From NCBI GenBank assembly GCA_043721975.1, contig JAYSPR010000124.1:1-61570 (forward strand): 61,570 nucleotides of DNA, written 5' to 3'. Of the stretch, positions 20,588 to 30,667 are shown piece after piece. How positions within the stretch are numbered: position 1 is the first letter of the stretch; every line of letters starts with the position of its first letter. The notes beneath the pieces are model-generated. The model did not search any database and was not told where the DNA came from. It saw nothing but the letters and a program-made list of their open reading frames with translations. The stretch comes from Bacteriovoracaceae bacterium. GTDB taxonomy: Bacteria; Bdellovibrionota; Bacteriovoracia; Bacteriovoracales; Bacteriovoracaceae. The translations under genes and the position numbers were made by a program.

Positions 20588-21595
20588 TTAATTCCAAAAT
20601 GGATTTTGTGTTCCCGTTAAAACTTTAAGTAGTCTCTCCACTCCCATGGCAATACCACTAGACATTGGAAGTCCTCTTTCTAAAGCTTCATACAAAACAT
20701 TCGGTGTTGGCAAAGTGTAGCCATAAAGTTGTTCTTTTTCTCGGGCCTGTTCTAAAAACCGCTTTTTTTGAATAGTAAGATCGCGAAGTTCGTTAAAACA
20801 ATTACAGAGTTCAATTCCATGAGAGTAAATTTCAAAACGCTCACATACTCGAGGGTCTTCAAGCTTTAAAGTTGAAAGCGCTGCCAGGTGGCGAGGAAAT
20901 TCATCGACCAATAAAAAAGGGTAATGAGCAATGTGAGGCTCGATTTTATTAAGAAACAAGAGAAAATAGTAATCATCCCATGAGAGAATCTCACCTTTTA
21001 CAGGAAGTGGAACATCTTTAAAGTTTTTTTCAATGAGCTCTTTAAGATCTTTTGTTTCAAGGAAATTGAGAATGTCTATATTGAGAAATTCTAAAAATAA
21101 ATCTTGGACCGTTACTCGAACCATTGGAGCTTTAAGGAGTGAAGACTCAATCGCTATATTCTTACATTGCAAGGATTCAAGAGAATATTGAAAGAGAGCT
21201 TCGCAGTCTTTCATAATTTTTGTGTAATGTGATTTAGTTCTATACCACTCAAGCATTAAAAATTGTGGGCGGTGATTAGGAGCCTCTGGCTCATCTCGAA
21301 AAGAATATCCAATGGTGAAAATATTTTCAAAACCTAAAGAGAGCAATTCTTTCATGTGAAATTCTGGAGAAGTATGTAGATACCAAGGAGAAAAGGTCGA
21401 TGTGCGTGTATGTCCCACACTGAAAGGATGGATATGGGTTTCCATTCCCGGATTTGTCACCATCGGAGGTGTCATAACATCAGTGAATCCTTCCTTGATA
21501 AAAAATTCACGTATCGCCGAGATCAATTGAAATTGTGCAGCCAGGTTTAATTTTCGCATAACTCGTTTATATCTGAAAAATCCCTTGCTCTGCAA
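20588..21595 (-). CDS. epmA: EF-P lysine aminoacylase EpmA/GenX
   Basis: YLHTSPEFHMKELL, FRDE, HRPQFLMLEWYR, ERFEIY..GIELCN and GIAMGVERL; no anticodon-binding domain. Confidence 0.9.
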   Translation of the reverse strand: MQSKGFFRYKRVMRKLNLAAQFQLISAIREFFIKEGFTDVMTPPMVTNPGMETHIHPFSVGHTRTSTFSPWYLHTSPEFHMKELLSLGFENIFTIGYSFRDEPEAPNHRPQFLMLEWYRTKSHYTKIMKDCEALFQYSLESLQCKNIAIESSLLKAPMVRVTVQDLFLEFLNIDILNFLETKDLKELIEKNFKDVPLPVKGEILSWDDYYFLLFLNKIEPHIAHYPFLLVDEFPRHLAALSTLKLEDPRVCERFEIYSHGIELCNCFNELRDLTIQKKRFLEQAREKEQLYGYTLPTPNVLYEALERGLPMSSGIAMGVERLLKVLTGTQNPFWN

Positions 21596-21677
21596 GTTGA
21601 ATTAGATAAGAAATTCATTTATCTTCTCATGACTCATGTTCAGACCATGAAAGTTAATCTTAAAGACTAAGGACCCT

Positions 21678-22793
21678 ATGGAAACAACCTATATAATTAT
21701 TCTAGCCGTACTTGTTGGTAGCGCTGGAGCAGCTTTCTTTTTATTGAATAAAAAAAAGAAACTAGAAAATAAACCAGAAAAGAAGCTAGAAGATAAAATT
21801 TCTCCTCAAAATTTAGCTCCAGAAACTAAGCCGGAAATAATTACTGCACCCAAAAAAGAAATCGCCTTTAGTGAACGATTGAAACTTGGACTTTCGAGAT
21901 CAAGACAAGAAGTGTGGGGAAAACTTGGAGCCCTTTTTAGTGGAAATTCCCTCGATGAAGGAACTCTCGATTCTATCGAAGAACTTCTTTATAGTGCCGA
22001 TATCGGAACTGCGACCGTGGGAGAACTAATAGAAGAAGTAAAAAGAAAATCAAAAGATGGAAGCTTAAATGCTAATGAGTTTAAAACTTTTCTTTTTGAT
22101 TTTTTAAAAAATAAAATGGCCCCAATTCAAAATCATGTGGATCAAAGTCTTTATCAATTTGATTTAAAAAATAAAGGACAGACTAAAGTTATCATGGTGG
22201 TCGGAGTCAACGGTGCCGGCAAAACAACGACGATTGGAAAACTGGCCACGAAGCTTCGTGCTCAAGGGGCCAATGTTGTAGTTGGTGCTTGTGATACTTT
22301 TAGAGCAGCAGCAGTTGATCAACTTCAAGTTTGGTGCGACAGGTCAGGTGCAACAATGATTAGAGCGAAAGAAGGGGCTAATCCTTCTGGAGTCGGTTAT
22401 GACGCTCTTCAAGCAGCAATTAACCTGAAAGCTGATTACTGTATTTTGGATACAGCAGGTCGGCTTCACACGAAAGAAAACCTCATGGACGAACTTCAAA
22501 AGAGTAAAAATGTTCTCGCTAAACTTGACCCCACTGCTCCTCATCAAATTCTTTTAGTCATCGATGCTATCACTGGGCAAAATGCTCTACGCCAGGCCGA
22601 AGAATTTCATAAAACCTTAGGTCTTACTGGGCTTATATTTACCAAGTGCGATGGCTCATCAAAAGCCGGAAGCGCTGTCACGATTGTCGAGCAATTGAAA
22701 TTGCCTATTGCATACATCGGCGTTGGCGAAACGGCCGAAGATTTGGACATCTTTCACGTCGATGATTATCTTAACGCTCTTTTAGGTAATTAG
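21678..22793 (+). CDS. ftsY: Signal recognition particle receptor FtsY
   Basis: GVNGAGKTTTIGKLA, DTFRAAA, DTAGR, TKCDG and IGVGE. Confidence 0.95.
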   Translation: METTYIIILAVLVGSAGAAFFLLNKKKKLENKPEKKLEDKISPQNLAPETKPEIITAPKKEIAFSERLKLGLSRSRQEVWGKLGALFSGNSLDEGTLDSIEELLYSADIGTATVGELIEEVKRKSKDGSLNANEFKTFLFDFLKNKMAPIQNHVDQSLYQFDLKNKGQTKVIMVVGVNGAGKTTTIGKLATKLRAQGANVVVGACDTFRAAAVDQLQVWCDRSGATMIRAKEGANPSGVGYDALQAAINLKADYCILDTAGRLHTKENLMDELQKSKNVLAKLDPTAPHQILLVIDAITGQNALRQAEEFHKTLGLTGLIFTKCDGSSKAGSAVTIVEQLKLPIAYIGVGETAEDLDIFHVDDYLNALLGN

Positions 22794-22827
22794 TCTGAGG
22801 AGGCTCTCATCATGCGGGGCATTTTCA

Positions 22828-22856
22828 TTGACGAAAATTCGGCCATAGATTAGTCT
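22828..22856 (+). promoter_or_regulatory. Sigma-70 promoter of the zapA operon (probably leaderless)
   Basis: TTGACG-17 nt-TAGTCT, then 7 nt to ATG 22864. Confidence 0.55.
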
Positions 22857-22863
22857 TATATCA

Positions 22864-23172
22864 ATGAATAACGAGAGAGAAACTCAAGAAAATTTTGAAG
22901 TGTTAGGCTATAAAATCAAGCTCAAGAAAGATGAGACACTTGAAGGTATAAGCCCAACTGATATTGTCGGTTTTGTTCAAGCTGAGGCTCAAAAAATGTT
23001 TAAGCAATCACCACACTTAGCACCTCATCAGGTCGCGGTGTTGTGTGCCCTGAAATTTGCTGGTGAAAAGTTGGCCCTTGAAAAAGAGTATCGCGAAAAT
23101 ATCAATCAGCTGCGTGCAACTGCCGTAGATGCCCTTCAGTATATCGAAGAGGTTTCTCCGACGACTCGTTAA
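22864..23172 (+). CDS. zapA: Cell division protein ZapA-like
   Basis: EVLG.KIKL..., VAVLCALKFA plus coiled coil; conserved position ahead of 5-FCL and rny. Confidence 0.7.
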   Translation: MNNERETQENFEVLGYKIKLKKDETLEGISPTDIVGFVQAEAQKMFKQSPHLAPHQVAVLCALKFAGEKLALEKEYRENINQLRATAVDALQYIEEVSPTTR

Positions 23173-23182
23173 GGGTTGTTTC

Positions 23183-23755
23183 ATGACAAAGAATGAGCTG
23201 AGAAAAAGTCTAAAGCTAAAACTGACTGAACTCACTCAAGACAAGAGATTAGAAAGTAGCCAAAAGCTTTCTTTGAATCTGAGTCAACTTCTTAGTGATC
23301 TAAACGTTATTCAAAAAAAATTATTGTTAGGTGTTTTTTCACCTATTCAAATGGAACCTTTGTGGTCTTTGGAATGTGAAAAAAATCTGGAAGGACTTAC
23401 GTCTTATCCTGGTTTTGAAAAAAAAATTGATGAAGAGAAAATGATTTTTCGAAAGACTAATCACCAAGGACTCATCAAAAGCCTAGACTTTAGCATTGAG
23501 CTTCTAACTCCACCAAGCTCATGTGAGCTAGTGAATCCAGAGATCCTGATTATACCGGGATTGGGTTTTACAAAAGAAGGTGTGAGGTTAGGAAGAGGAA
23601 AAGGGCACTACGATAAATATCTCTCAAAGCATTCTGTTGTAAAAATCGGAGTGGCCTTTGAAGAACAAGTTGTGGAGTTTATACCTAGTGAAGCTCACGA
23701 TGAAAAAATGAACTACTTGGTCACTGACCAAAATATATATGTAATAAGTCTTTAA
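23183..23755 (+). CDS. 5-formyltetrahydrofolate cyclo-ligase
   Basis: MTKNELRK, IIPGLGF..EGVRLGRGKGHYD and EAHDEKMNYLVT. Confidence 0.9.
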   Translation: MTKNELRKSLKLKLTELTQDKRLESSQKLSLNLSQLLSDLNVIQKKLLLGVFSPIQMEPLWSLECEKNLEGLTSYPGFEKKIDEEKMIFRKTNHQGLIKSLDFSIELLTPPSSCELVNPEILIIPGLGFTKEGVRLGRGKGHYDKYLSKHSVVKIGVAFEEQVVEFIPSEAHDEKMNYLVTDQNIYVISL

Positions 23756-23765
23756 GGAGTTAATA

Positions 23766-25334
23766 ATGAATATAGCCATCATATCAGCAGCACTAGCTGC
23801 CGTCGTGTTTGCCATCGTAGGAGCCTTTGTTGGTTTTTCGATGAAAGACAAACAAGTTAAAAAAGAAAATGCCGAAAAAGAAGGCAAGGGTAACGAGATC
23901 ATTGAAAAAGCTAAGAAGCTTGCTGATGAATTAAGATACAAAGCTCGCCAAGAGGCAAAAGAAATTGCCCGCGAAGAAAAAGAAAAATCAGATCGTGAAA
24001 TCGCCAATCGCACTAACGAAATTAAAAACCTTGAAAGAGAGTTAGTTAAAAAAGACGCCACGCTTGATCGCAAACTTGAAGAACACGACAAAGAAGTTAA
24101 GGTTTTAAAAGAAAAAGAAATCCAATTTGAAGTCGCAAGAAAGATTCACGAAGATGAATCTCAACGCATGAAAAATAAGCAAAATGAATTTAATGATAAG
24201 CTGGCTCAAGTCGCTCAATTAACCAAAGAAGAAGCGAAACAAGAACTACTACGTGCTATGGAAGAAGAAGCCCGTGTAGATTTCGGAAAAATATTAAGAA
24301 GAATTGAAGAAGAAACAAAAGAAGAAGCTGAAGCTAAATCAAAACGAATTGTAGGTATTGCGATTCAAAGATTTGCTGGAGAATATGTTGGTGAAAAAAC
24401 CATTGGTTCAGTTGAGCTTCCAAGTGATGATGTTAAAGGTCGCTTAATCGGTCGTGAAGGTCGTAACATTCGTGCCTTCGAACAAATTTGCGGTGTGGAT
24501 TTAATTATTGATGACACTCCTGAGGTTGTTGTTATATCGAGCTTCAATGTTGTAAGAAAAGAAATCGCGAGAATGGTTATTCAAAAGCTTATTGCCGATG
24601 GACGAATTCACCCAGCAAAAATTGAAGAATTTCATGATAAATCAAAAGCCGAAATGGAAAGACAATTAAGAGACCTCGGTGAAAAAGCTCAAATGGAAAT
24701 TGGAGTTCACGGTATTCACCCAGAAGTTTTAAAATTAGTAGGAGCTCTTCAGTGGAGAACTTCTTATACACAAAATCAATACCAACATGCGATTGAAGCC
24801 GCTTTCGTTTGTGGCGCAATGGCCGCAGAGCTTGGTTTAAATGTTAAGCAAGCAAGAAGAGCAGCGCTTCTTCATGATGTAGGTAAAGTTATCGATGCTT
24901 CAGCAGAAGGATCCCACGCTGTGGTTGGTGCAGACTTCTTGAAAAAATATGGAGAGTCTCCTGATATTGTTCATGCTGTCCGTGCTCACCATGATGATGA
25001 AAAACCAGAATCAGTTCTCGCTCACCTTGTAGCGGCATCAGATGCACTTTCAGGTGCTCGTCCAGGTGCTCGTAAGGCCATGATGGAGTCTTATGTTTCA
25101 CGCTTAACAGACATCGAAGATATCGTTAATTCATTTGAAGGTGTTTCTAAATCGTACGCTATTTCTGGTGGACGAGAAGTGAGAGTCTTTGTTGAAAACG
25201 ATAGAGTCACAGATGAAGAAACAGTTATGCTTTCTCGCGATATCGCTAAGAAAATCGAAGAAGAAATGTCTTATCCTGGAACAATTAAAATTACGGTTTT
25301 AAGAGAGACAAAAGCTGTCGGGATAGCAAAGTAA
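23766..25334 (+). CDS. rny: Ribonuclease Y
   Basis: N-terminal TM and coiled coil, KH domain KGRLIGREGRNIR, HD domain LLHDVGK, DALSGARPGAR. Confidence 0.96.
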   Translation: MNIAIISAALAAVVFAIVGAFVGFSMKDKQVKKENAEKEGKGNEIIEKAKKLADELRYKARQEAKEIAREEKEKSDREIANRTNEIKNLERELVKKDATLDRKLEEHDKEVKVLKEKEIQFEVARKIHEDESQRMKNKQNEFNDKLAQVAQLTKEEAKQELLRAMEEEARVDFGKILRRIEEETKEEAEAKSKRIVGIAIQRFAGEYVGEKTIGSVELPSDDVKGRLIGREGRNIRAFEQICGVDLIIDDTPEVVVISSFNVVRKEIARMVIQKLIADGRIHPAKIEEFHDKSKAEMERQLRDLGEKAQMEIGVHGIHPEVLKLVGALQWRTSYTQNQYQHAIEAAFVCGAMAAELGLNVKQARRAALLHDVGKVIDASAEGSHAVVGADFLKKYGESPDIVHAVRAHHDDEKPESVLAHLVAASDALSGARPGARKAMMESYVSRLTDIEDIVNSFEGVSKSYAISGGREVRVFVENDRVTDEETVMLSRDIAKKIEEEMSYPGTIKITVLRETKAVGIAK

Positions 25335-25350
25335 GCTAAAAAAGGTTGTA

Positions 25351-26043
25351 ATGGAAGACAATCAATTTGCACTTATAACCGGGACCTCTCGCGGTCTCGG
25401 TCTTGAAATGGCCCAGTACCTTCTTGATGAAGGATGCAACGTCATTGGCCTTTCAAGAAGTGGCAGTCCTATCGAACACCCTCAATACATCGACATTATT
25501 TGTGACATTAGAGATGAGTCTTCTGTGATGGAAGTTTTTGATCTCGTTAGCGAGAGCACGGGAAGCCTTAACTTAATTATTCTCAATGCCGGCATTTTTG
25601 AAATGTCTCCCTTAGTTGAAACCTCTAGCTTGGAATTCACCAATCATCTAACGAGTAATGTGCTTGGAGCTTTTCATATCTTAAAGCATGGGAGAGATTT
25701 TCTTATCGAAAATGAAACCCACATCATAACTATTTCATCCATTGCTTCAAAAAAAGGACTGGCCAATATCTCAGCTTACAGTGCCTCTAAATTCGCCCTT
25801 AACGGTATGATCGATTCAGTGAAAGAGGAATGGAGCCATTTAGGAGTTCGCTTCTCGACACTCATGCCGGGAGCAATCTCTACTGAAATTTGGGACAATG
25901 AAGCGAATGATTTACCACGCGAACAAATGATGTCGGCTTCAGATTTTATGCATGTTTTTAAAATGATTGTGACAAGCCCGGCTTCCATACAATTTCCAGA
26001 ATTAGTTTTTCTTCACGCGCGGGGACCTAGTCATGAAGTTTAG
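25351..26043 (+). CDS. Short-chain dehydrogenase/reductase
   Basis: TGTSRGLG, LNAG and YSASK. Confidence 0.9.
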   Translation: MEDNQFALITGTSRGLGLEMAQYLLDEGCNVIGLSRSGSPIEHPQYIDIICDIRDESSVMEVFDLVSESTGSLNLIILNAGIFEMSPLVETSSLEFTNHLTSNVLGAFHILKHGRDFLIENETHIITISSIASKKGLANISAYSASKFALNGMIDSVKEEWSHLGVRFSTLMPGAISTEIWDNEANDLPREQMMSASDFMHVFKMIVTSPASIQFPELVFLHARGPSHEV

Positions 26044-26518
26044 CCAATTAACGGAAGTCTCAAAATATTACCTAGTATTTCTTGTGACAGTGATTTTATC
26101 GTGGGGCTTACTTTCCCTTTTTAACATAGAATTTCTCAATCAAATCTTTTTTCTCATGGCCTTTGTTTGGCATTTTGCTTTGATGACACCTAGCCTGAAG
26201 CAAAAAGTACTGACGAGCTATCACCGTTTATCTTTTTTAGCAGTGGTGGTTAGAATTGATCATTATCTTCACCTTTTTATAAAACTTAAAAAAGTTCCTT
26301 TTGAAGCTTCTTTCATTAGAAGCTTTTCACCTTTGTTTTTTACTTTTATTTTGTTTGTACTCGGTGGGAATGGAAATCTTTTATTTACCTTATTAGGTTC
26401 ACTGCTTTTTGAAGTGATTTATCTTTCACTCTATAAAAAATGGACTAGCCCTTTAGTGAGTAAAGATGATTTAGAAATTCCCCCAGCGATTCCGAGCGAA
26501 GAAATAAACCACGAATAG
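26033..26518 (+). CDS. Hypothetical membrane protein
   Basis: Several hydrophobic segments; overlaps the SDR stop, suggesting an operon. Confidence 0.7.
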   Translation: MKFSQLTEVSKYYLVFLVTVILSWGLLSLFNIEFLNQIFFLMAFVWHFALMTPSLKQKVLTSYHRLSFLAVVVRIDHYLHLFIKLKKVPFEASFIRSFSPLFFTFILFVLGGNGNLLFTLLGSLLFEVIYLSLYKKWTSPLVSKDDLEIPPAIPSEEINHE

Positions 26519-27440
26519 CTTCAAAGTCTTCATAGTCATCAAAAAGATTTCTAGAAAATGATTTAAACCGCTTGAGAATTAAATTCTCATGCCAATCGAG
26601 TGCCTTATATTCAAAAAGGAGAGACTCAAAATAAAGCTCGAGATATTTTTTTCTTTCATAAAGAAGAAAAGTTTCGTCGATAAACCCACCATCGTGAAGA
26701 TAGTCTTTATAAATTTTAGCAAGCCAAGGTGTTTTAAGAGCACTTCTTCCAAACATGACGGAGTGGCACTTTGTTTCTTTGAAAACTGATTCAATGTCAT
26801 CGGCAATCCAAATATCACCATTGCCTATAAGTGGAATGCCTACGCTGTTAACAGCCTCCTTAATATAGCTCCAATCAGCCACACCTTTATAAAGTTGATC
26901 TCTAGTGCGAGCGTGAAGTGTAATGGCCTCAACTCCACAGTCTTCAATAAGTTTTAAGGTTTCATGAAAAGTTTTATCATCCCTGTAACCGATGCGCATT
27001 TTCACACTAAAGTGACCAGTAAATCTTGATCTTATTGTCTCTAAAATTTTTTTTAATTCAGCATGGTTGGAAAGTAAGTAGGCACCACCAAAATGTGAAT
27101 TTACTTTTTTTGATGGGCAGCCAAGGTTTAAATCAAGGTGATCAAATTTTAAAGATTCAAGTATGTCAATGACGGCTTCTGTTTGAGCTCTGGCCGTGGT
27201 GAGAATTTGAAAAGTATTTTTTTCTCTCCATAAAGGATTGTTATAAATGCGTTCGCCATAATGCTCAAGAATTAATTTTTCATTAACTTTGCCAACTGTT
27301 GGAACACGTAAAAAATCTGTGAAAAAATGATCCCATTCTGGAAATGTTTTCATCATGGCGATACGGTAAGGCTCGTCAGTGATGCCCTCCATAGGAGCAA
27401 ACAGCAAGGATTTTTTTGGAAACACATCGAAATTGTTCAT
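26445..27440 (-). CDS. dus: tRNA-dihydrouridine synthase family
   Basis: APMEGITD, DLNLGCP, SVKMRIG, LHART and IGNGDI. Confidence 0.9.
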   Translation of the reverse strand: MNNFDVFPKKSLLFAPMEGITDEPYRIAMMKTFPEWDHFFTDFLRVPTVGKVNEKLILEHYGERIYNNPLWREKNTFQILTTARAQTEAVIDILESLKFDHLDLNLGCPSKKVNSHFGGAYLLSNHAELKKILETIRSRFTGHFSVKMRIGYRDDKTFHETLKLIEDCGVEAITLHARTRDQLYKGVADWSYIKEAVNSVGIPLIGNGDIWIADDIESVFKETKCHSVMFGRSALKTPWLAKIYKDYLHDGGFIDETFLLYERKKYLELYFESLLFEYKALDWHENLILKRFKSFSRNLFDDYEDFEAIRGLFLRSESLGEFLNHLYSLKG

Positions 27441-27481
27441 TGAACATGTTAGTATCAAGTTCCATTACAAAGGAAAAGACT

Positions 27482-27943
27482 TTGAAGAAAAATCTTATCG
27501 TTTCAGTCGCTATTTTTATTAAAGATATTGATGATCAAGGCTTTAAGGTCTGGACTCAGGTGCGAGACGAGGAAGGTGCACTTTACGGTAAATGGGAGTT
27601 TCCGGGCGGAAAAATCGAGGCAGGAGAGACACCTGAGGAGGCTTGCATTCGAGAAGTTCATGAAGAAGTTGGCTTTTTGCTTCCAAGTAATGAAAAACTG
27701 GTTTTGTTTAAGTATCAAGATTATTTTGCTCTACATAAGAATATTTGCCTCTATACTTTTATTTTAAATTTCAAAAACTTGCCCATAGATAAAGGTCAAT
27801 GGATTGATATTCGCTTTGATACAAAATCCCTTCCTTACGAGGGAAAAATTCCTCCTATAAATCATGTTATTATCGATGATTTAGCGGTATATCTACAAAA
27901 ACAACAGGAAGCCGGACTTGCGAGTTCCATATGGCAGATATGA
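27482..27943 (+). CDS. Nudix hydrolase (MutT-like)
   Basis: WEFPGGKIEAGETPEEACIREVHEEVG Nudix box; AGGA SD before TTG 27482. Confidence 0.88.
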   Translation: MKKNLIVSVAIFIKDIDDQGFKVWTQVRDEEGALYGKWEFPGGKIEAGETPEEACIREVHEEVGFLLPSNEKLVLFKYQDYFALHKNICLYTFILNFKNLPIDKGQWIDIRFDTKSLPYEGKIPPINHVIIDDLAVYLQKQQEAGLASSIWQI

Positions 27944-28719
27944 CAAATGTAAATTTTGTAAAAACAATTTCTGATTTTTTTCTTTTATCAGTTGCATGGT
28001 CTCTGGTTCTTTTTTCTATTATTGCTAACTCTCAGCTGACTGGTGCAGGCTTCATAAAACTTTTAACTAATACGGCTATTGGTGCGCTTGTTATTTCACT
28101 TGTCGTTACTATTATTTCTGATGGTTTCGAATTTAATACCTTTTTAGGTTTGAAGCTTTTGTCCCTGATTGGACTTATTTTCATTACAGTTTTTCATCAA
28201 GATGAAAAATCTCGTTTAATGTGTGTTCTTTACTCTCTTTTAAGTTCAGTCTTTGCTTATCTCATTTGTGGATTAGTTAATTTTCAATTTCCTCAAAGCC
28301 TATTTTTGCTTTCAGCGGGTCTATTGATAGGAATTATTACTTACTCAATGCTATTGGGTCATTGGTATTTAGTTGTGCCAAAACTTTCAGCACATCCTCT
28401 CAAGATTGCTGCGGTCATTATGTGGATTATCTTAGTCATTAAAATTTCCTGGAGTTCTTTTTCTCTTCATCAAAATTATAGTTTCTTTGAAGTAGAAACA
28501 CAGTTGGGGGCCGGTTATGCTTTTAACTGGCTACTGCTTTTAATGAGAGTCTCTTTTGGATATGTCGTGATCGTAGGGATGAGCTTTTTTAATTGGAAAC
28601 TTTTGAAACTAAGATCGATTCAAAGTTCTACTGGTATACTTTATGCGATGACTTTTTTCGTCTTTATAGGCGAGCTTGTTTCAACATATATGTTTTTTAA
28701 TTATGGATTATACATATGA
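27931..28719 (+). CDS. Polytopic membrane protein
   Basis: About 8 hydrophobic helices; MLLGHWYL and SIQSSTGILY motifs. Confidence 0.8.
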   Translation: MADMTNVNFVKTISDFFLLSVAWSLVLFSIIANSQLTGAGFIKLLTNTAIGALVISLVVTIISDGFEFNTFLGLKLLSLIGLIFITVFHQDEKSRLMCVLYSLLSSVFAYLICGLVNFQFPQSLFLLSAGLLIGIITYSMLLGHWYLVVPKLSAHPLKIAAVIMWIILVIKISWSSFSLHQNYSFFEVETQLGAGYAFNWLLLLMRVSFGYVVIVGMSFFNWKLLKLRSIQSSTGILYAMTFFVFIGELVSTYMFFNYGLYI

Positions 28720-29195
28720 TGACAGTTCAATTTACTTGTAAGAATTGTGGATCGGGAGTTCACGTTTACCCCTCAGTTGAAGCTCACAAGATTGCTTGTG
28801 ATGTGTGTGGGGCTGAACAAAATGTAAAATTTGAGCGCTGCCATGAAGAAAGCCATTTAAAAGATTGTCCAGGTTGCGAGCGCAAAGATTTTTACTCTCA
28901 AAAGGATTTTAATCGCAAATTAGGCGTCCTTCTTTTTGTCTCAGCTGTAGTGATCTCAACGGTACTTTTATATTTTGGAATTAACCCACTATGGTACTTA
29001 AGTACTTTCATTTTTCTCTATCTTTTAGACTTTATCTTATTTAGGCGTTTAAACGTCATTGCTATCTGCTATAAGTGCCAAGCCATTTTTCGCCAAGTAA
29101 AAAACATTGAAGAAATTCAAGGGTTTAATCATGAGATGAATGACCGCATTGTTTACTCGGATCACAACTTTCATGGCAAGCCTCTAGATCATTGA
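28716..29195 (+). CDS. Zn-ribbon membrane protein
   Basis: Four CxxC motifs (CKNC, CDVC, CPGC, CYKC) around two TM helices. Confidence 0.8.
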   Translation: MMTVQFTCKNCGSGVHVYPSVEAHKIACDVCGAEQNVKFERCHEESHLKDCPGCERKDFYSQKDFNRKLGVLLFVSAVVISTVLLYFGINPLWYLSTFIFLYLLDFILFRRLNVIAICYKCQAIFRQVKNIEEIQGFNHEMNDRIVYSDHNFHGKPLDH

Positions 29196-29209
29196 TAGTA
29201 GGGCGCCGT

Positions 29210-29238
29210 TGGACTAAAGTCTTAGATTAAAGTATAAT
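29210..29238 (+). promoter_or_regulatory. Sigma-70 promoter
   Basis: TGGACT-17 nt-TATAAT upstream of the CNNM gene. Confidence 0.6.
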
Positions 29239-29289
29239 AGTTGAATTGCACTAAGCTTGAAATTTTATTAACTTAACCAGGACTTTTCC

Positions 29290-30657
29290 ATCGAACCCCC
29301 GCTTGAATCCTTTCTCTTCTCATTTGATATTTTAGCCTTATTACTCTGCTTTATCTCTTCAGCCTTTTTTTCTGCTGCTGAAGCCGCACTCTTGTCTATT
29401 GGTGTAGATCGAGCTCGCCAATTGATTGAAGAAGGTGGGACCAAGGGAAAGGCCATGGCCTTCATGATCCTGCGTCCTTCTGAACTGCTCACAACTATTC
29501 TTATTGGTAACAACGTCGCAAATATTTTAGCTGGTGCTATTACAACGAATGTCGCTTCTCGTATGACGGGAAGTAGTATCGTCGGGATCGCTCTCGGGAT
29601 GACGACTGTTATTACTATTTTATTTGGTGAATTAATTCCTAAGACCTTTGCACGAAATCATGCTGAAAGGTTTTCCGTTATAGTTATTCGCTCGCTTCAA
29701 GTTCTTTTTTATCTTCTCTACCCAGTTGTTAAATCAGTTGTCTGGTTTATTAATACCATTTTAGGAGATAGTGCTGAAGTCACAGGAAGAATGGTCACGA
29801 AAGATGATATTGAATTTATGATTTCTAAAGCAGAAAAAGAAAGAACAATGGATTCAAAGCAAATTGATTTGCTTTCTTCGATTTTAGAATTTCCCATGAT
29901 TAAAGTGAAAGACATTATGATTTCACGTGTACGAGTCAATTACGGACAGGTTAGTTGGACTTTTGATGAGATGATGAATTATGTTCGAGAAACAGGTAAC
30001 TCTCGCTATCCTGTTTGTGATGGAGAGCTTGAAAGTATTGTTGGATTTCTCCACGTAAAAGACTTGGCCTTTGTGACGGATGAAGAAAAAAAGAAATTTC
30101 AATTATCAAAACTTTTAAAACCACCATTTTTTGTCTATGAGCATATGAAGATCCAGTCAGTCTTTGATCATATGAATCGAAAAAAAGTTCATTTGGCCCT
30201 CGTTAAAGATGAAAATGGAACAGTGGTTGGTATAGTGACATTGGAAGATATTATTGAAGAGATCTTCGGTGAAATTCATGACGAGCATGACGATGTTGAG
30301 GAAATTGAAAAAGGTCTCGAGCAAGCTAATTTAGAAGATGGAATCGTTGTCGATGGTGATATTTCTCTTAGAGAAGTTTATAATGATTATGATATTAAAA
30401 TTCCTTTGAATGACAATTACTCAACTCTGGCAGGTTTCTTATTAGATATGTTAGGAAATACTTTTCCCGAGCAAGATCAAATTATTGTTTGGGAAGGTTT
30501 ATCTTTTGACTTGGAAGTTGTTTCAGATCATGTGATTAAACAAGTACGGATTAAAGATTTAGATGGTGAAAAGCATATTTTTTCTAAAAAAGAACACGCT
30601 GAACGTGTAGAAAAAAATGACATTGAAGCCTCTCTCAACTTACACGAAAAAGAATAG
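29290..30657 (+). CDS. HlyC/CorC (CNNM/DUF21-CBS-CorC) membrane protein
   Basis: SAFFSAAEAALLS (upstream of the ORF-track start at 29392), TILIGNN, FGELIPKT, CBS pair and YSTLAGF. Start inferred at ATC 29290. Confidence 0.88.
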   Translation: MEPPLESFLFSFDILALLLCFISSAFFSAAEAALLSIGVDRARQLIEEGGTKGKAMAFMILRPSELLTTILIGNNVANILAGAITTNVASRMTGSSIVGIALGMTTVITILFGELIPKTFARNHAERFSVIVIRSLQVLFYLLYPVVKSVVWFINTILGDSAEVTGRMVTKDDIEFMISKAEKERTMDSKQIDLLSSILEFPMIKVKDIMISRVRVNYGQVSWTFDEMMNYVRETGNSRYPVCDGELESIVGFLHVKDLAFVTDEEKKKFQLSKLLKPPFFVYEHMKIQSVFDHMNRKKVHLALVKDENGTVVGIVTLEDIIEEIFGEIHDEHDDVEEIEKGLEQANLEDGIVVDGDISLREVYNDYDIKIPLNDNYSTLAGFLLDMLGNTFPEQDQIIVWEGLSFDLEVVSDHVIKQVRIKDLDGEKHIFSKKEHAERVEKNDIEASLNLHEKE

Positions 30658-30667
30658 GCAAAATTCA

